Positions 13,625 through 15,645 of a DNA stretch of 15,645 nucleotides are shown piece after piece (position 1 is the stretch's first letter; each line of letters begins with the position of its first letter). A program made the position numbers and the translations under genes. Source of the DNA: Bryobacteraceae bacterium (lineage in GTDB: Bacteria; Acidobacteriota; Terriglobia; Bryobacterales; Bryobacteraceae); NCBI GenBank assembly GCA_035545735.1, contig DASZXS010000087.1:1-15645 (forward strand), read 5' to 3'. The notes below the pieces were generated by a model that worked only from the letters and a program-made list of their open reading frames with translations, had not been told where the DNA came from and did not search any database.

Positions 13625-15645
13625 CTGCTTCCCGCCTGCGTCATCGTCTTGCCCGCGCTCAGCAGGTTGGCGAAGATCCGGTAGGCGCCCGGAACGCCGG
13701 CAGGCAACTCGCGGAACCAGGAGAACGCGGTGAAAACAAACATTCCTTTTCCGTAGGGCGTATAGAGAGTCCCGCCTTTGAGCGGCGCTTCGCCGGGATC
13801 GTGAAGGGAAAAGAGCGGTTGATAGCGCTTATCCCATTCGTGCGCGAAATAGAGGCCCCGCTCCTGTATCCACCCGTCAAAATCGCGTTCGGAGATCCGG
13901 TTCGGCTCGCGCAGCAGCGGGCTGGCAGGATCGAGAAACGTCACCGGCGCGTCTTCCACCGTTACGCGGTCATGGCTGAACTGAATGGAGTAGGGGCCGA
14001 CAATATGATCGAGCGCGCGCTCATCCCCGCCGAATCGCGCTGAATCGAGCGTGTTATATTGCGCCACCAGCGTGCCCCCCTGCTTCACGTAGTCGAGAAG
14101 GCGCTGCTGATTTGCCTTCAGATCCGTCCGGACATTGTAAGCTCGTACGCCGGTGACGATCGTGTCGAAGCGCGACAGGTCGCCGCTCGCGAGGTCCGCC
14201 GGACCGAGCAGGGTCACATCGATGCCGATTTGACGAAGCGCCTCGGGGAGGCGGTCGCCGGCTCCCATGATGTAGCCGACGGACCGGGCCAGCGAGCGAA
14301 TATCGGCCCGCACCAGCTTGGCGTGCGCCGGAGGAAACAGAAACTCGGGTGGGATGTGGGGGTAATTGATGAGCTGAGTTTCGGAGGTGATCTCGCGTCC
14401 GTCCAGGCTGGCGACAGCCTGCAGTTTGCCCTGCGAATCGCCCGCGGGCGGGGTGACGCGAAACTCGAGCGCCGTTTCCTGGCCCGGTTGACTGAAGTGG
14501 AATGGCAGGACGCCGGGCTCGGTCTTCCATCCTTCCGGCGATTGAAGACGCACGGTTCCATTTTCATCGCGATGGACGCTCTTCAGGCGGACCTGCACGG
14601 TTCGCGGCTCGGGAGTTGCAAACACCAGGGCGCTCCCGTCAAATTCCAAAGCCACCGGCGGGACGATCGCCAGCGGGCGCGTCAATTCACCGCGCTGCGG
14701 ATCCACCCAGCGGTAATGCACCGGCCGCGTAACCTCGATTTCGCCTCCGGGAAAAGCCAGCTCGAACTTTGCCGAATAGATGGGCCGGTTCTCCGGCGTT
14801 CCGATCAGCTCCTGGTCCGGGACCGTGTACGTGTCGCCTTGCTTCGGCTCGCGCAGCCAATATGGCTGGGAGTAAGGCGCGCCGGCCGGAATCGCCGCCT
14901 CGAGCGAAAGGGATTTCGGAACATTGTGCTCCAGGGCGCCGCCGGCCACGGTGGAACCCGGCTCAAGGGAGACGCTCTTCAGGGTCACGGGAACGGTCCC
15001 GCGATCGACGGCGGTGAAGGTAACCTTCATCTTCTCGCCAGGCGAATATTCAAATTCGTTGGCGGTGGCGTCGAGCGACAGGCCGGCGCAAAGCGCGATG
15101 GCGTTGTCCAGATCCTTCTTCTTGCGATCCGCGATGGGGTCGTGCAGAGCGGCGAATCTGCTTCGCGCCTCGAGAAGGGGAGCAATGGCGTTCTCCGGAT
15201 GCTCGGGCTTGTAGTCCGCCAGCGCCTGGGCCACCAATTTGCCGACGATTGCGCCGCCCTCCACGCGATTCCACGTGAGGTCGATGCCATCGAACATGTC
15301 TTTTCGCGCGGGATCTCCGGCGACCAAAGTCAGGAACTCCTTTGACGTCCCGGGGCGCTGCCCCGCGCCCATTCCCTGGCTGCGATGCATGCTCCGGCTC
15401 ATGCCGGCGATTTCACGGTAGGAATAGCCGAGAAGAGGATCGTACTCGCCGGGGTCCACCTCCAGCTTGTCCTTAATCTTGGCCGTCTCCTTGCGCTGTT
15501 CGTCATTGAAAGCGAAAGCGTTCCAAAGCAGGCGTTTGGCGCGCCAGGGCTGCACGTATTTCAGTTGCTCGGGGAAACGGGACGGGTCGCCGGCCGCGAA
15601 ATACGCCTCCTTGCCGAGGATGGCGGAGGTCTGATGCTGCCCGTG
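13621..15645 (-). CDS. Large PIG-L/LmbE-family deacetylase-like protein, 3' portion only. The reading frame is open to the window edge, so the N-terminus lies beyond 15645. The C-terminal domain resembles the ThuA / class-I glutamine-amidotransferase-like fold.
   Basis: The frame continues without a stop upstream of the ORF-track 'start' at 15555, through ...HGQHQTSAILGKEAYFAAGDPSRFPEQLKY-VQPWRAK. The SRSMHRSQGMG block resembles the segment following the zinc-binding region in long LmbE-like proteins. The C-terminal TIVTGVRAYNVRTDL...LLDYVKQGGTLVAQYN segment looks ThuA-like. The family call is from memory and only moderately supported. Confidence 0.5.
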   Translation of the reverse strand, partial: HGQHQTSAILGKEAYFAAGDPSRFPEQLKYVQPWRAKRLLWNAFAFNDEQRKETAKIKDKLEVDPGEYDPLLGYSYREIAGMSRSMHRSQGMGAGQRPGTSKEFLTLVAGDPARKDMFDGIDLTWNRVEGGAIVGKLVAQALADYKPEHPENAIAPLLEARSRFAALHDPIADRKKKDLDNAIALCAGLSLDATANEFEYSPGEKMKVTFTAVDRGTVPVTLKSVSLEPGSTVAGGALEHNVPKSLSLEAAIPAGAPYSQPYWLREPKQGDTYTVPDQELIGTPENRPIYSAKFELAFPGGEIEVTRPVHYRWVDPQRGELTRPLAIVPPVALEFDGSALVFATPEPRTVQVRLKSVHRDENGTVRLQSPEGWKTEPGVLPFHFSQPGQETALEFRVTPPAGDSQGKLQAVASLDGREITSETQLINYPHIPPEFLFPPAHAKLVRADIRSLARSVGYIMGAGDRLPEALRQIGIDVTLLGPADLASGDLSRFDTIVTGVRAYNVRTDLKANQQRLLDYVKQGGTLVAQYNTLDSARFGGDERALDHIVGPYSIQFSHDRVTVEDAPVTFLDPASPLLREPNRISERDFDGWIQERGLYFAHEWDKRYQPLFSLHDPGEAPLKGGTLYTPYGKGMFVFTAFSWFRELPAGVPGAYRIFANLLSAGKTMTQAGSR

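Noticed and set aside
14059-15345. 428-aa + ORF antisense to the LmbE-like gene, and the smaller ORFs at 14054..14567 and 14502..15290
   Set aside because: They lie inside the long minus-strand frame, which continues open to the window edge. Their products are Arg/Gly-rich with no recognisable motif.
1-15645. Mobile elements, CRISPR arrays, rRNA, integrase/transposase genes, toxin-antitoxin pairs or recognisable anti-phage systems
   Set aside because: I found no transposase or integrase motifs, terminal inverted repeats, regularly spaced repeat-spacer arrays or small paired ORFs. The only mobility-like signal is the degenerate tRNA-like element, reported above.

Overview
The window is high-GC chromosomal DNA, most likely from an Acidobacteriota (Solibacter/Bryobacterales-like) genome. 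That guess rests on paralogous domain types I recognise from memory as Acidobacteria-expanded: a VWFA-related domain of the TIGR03436 kind, a TIGR03437-like 'Soli_cterm' C-terminal beta domain, and giant TonB-dependent receptors with a carboxypeptidase-regulatory-like N-terminus. Gene order is as follows. A secreted multidomain trypsin-like S1 peptidase lies on the minus strand. A divergent promoter region separates it from a cytoplasmic GH88-type unsaturated glucuronyl hydrolase on the plus strand. Next come two tandem, overlapping secreted VWA/MIDAS paralogs. A roughly 460-bp AT-rich leader with tandem 15-16-nt repeats follows, then a 1128-aa TonB-dependent receptor-like outer-membrane protein. 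A bidirectional intrinsic terminator sits between that gene and a convergent cytoplasmic SPFH/band-7 protein, whose N-terminal extension in the ORF track is almost certainly wrong. Upstream of the SPFH gene, on the minus strand, is a short degenerate tRNA-like element. The remaining minus-strand block is a chain of three genes fused by ATGA stop/start overlaps. It runs from a large PIG-L/LmbE-like protein (5' end outside the window), through an unlisted 44-aa single-TM micro-ORF, to a sodium:solute symporter. I found no transposase, integrase, CRISPR array or rRNA. All long antisense ORFs in the track look like high-GC artefacts. The most notable items are the micro-ORF-coupled transporter operon, the atypical SPFH protein with the adjacent tRNA-like remnant, and the repeat-bearing leader of the TonB receptor gene. 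I do not see a recognisable defence or toxin system. Every product call rests on motifs recognised by eye and is untested by any database search.
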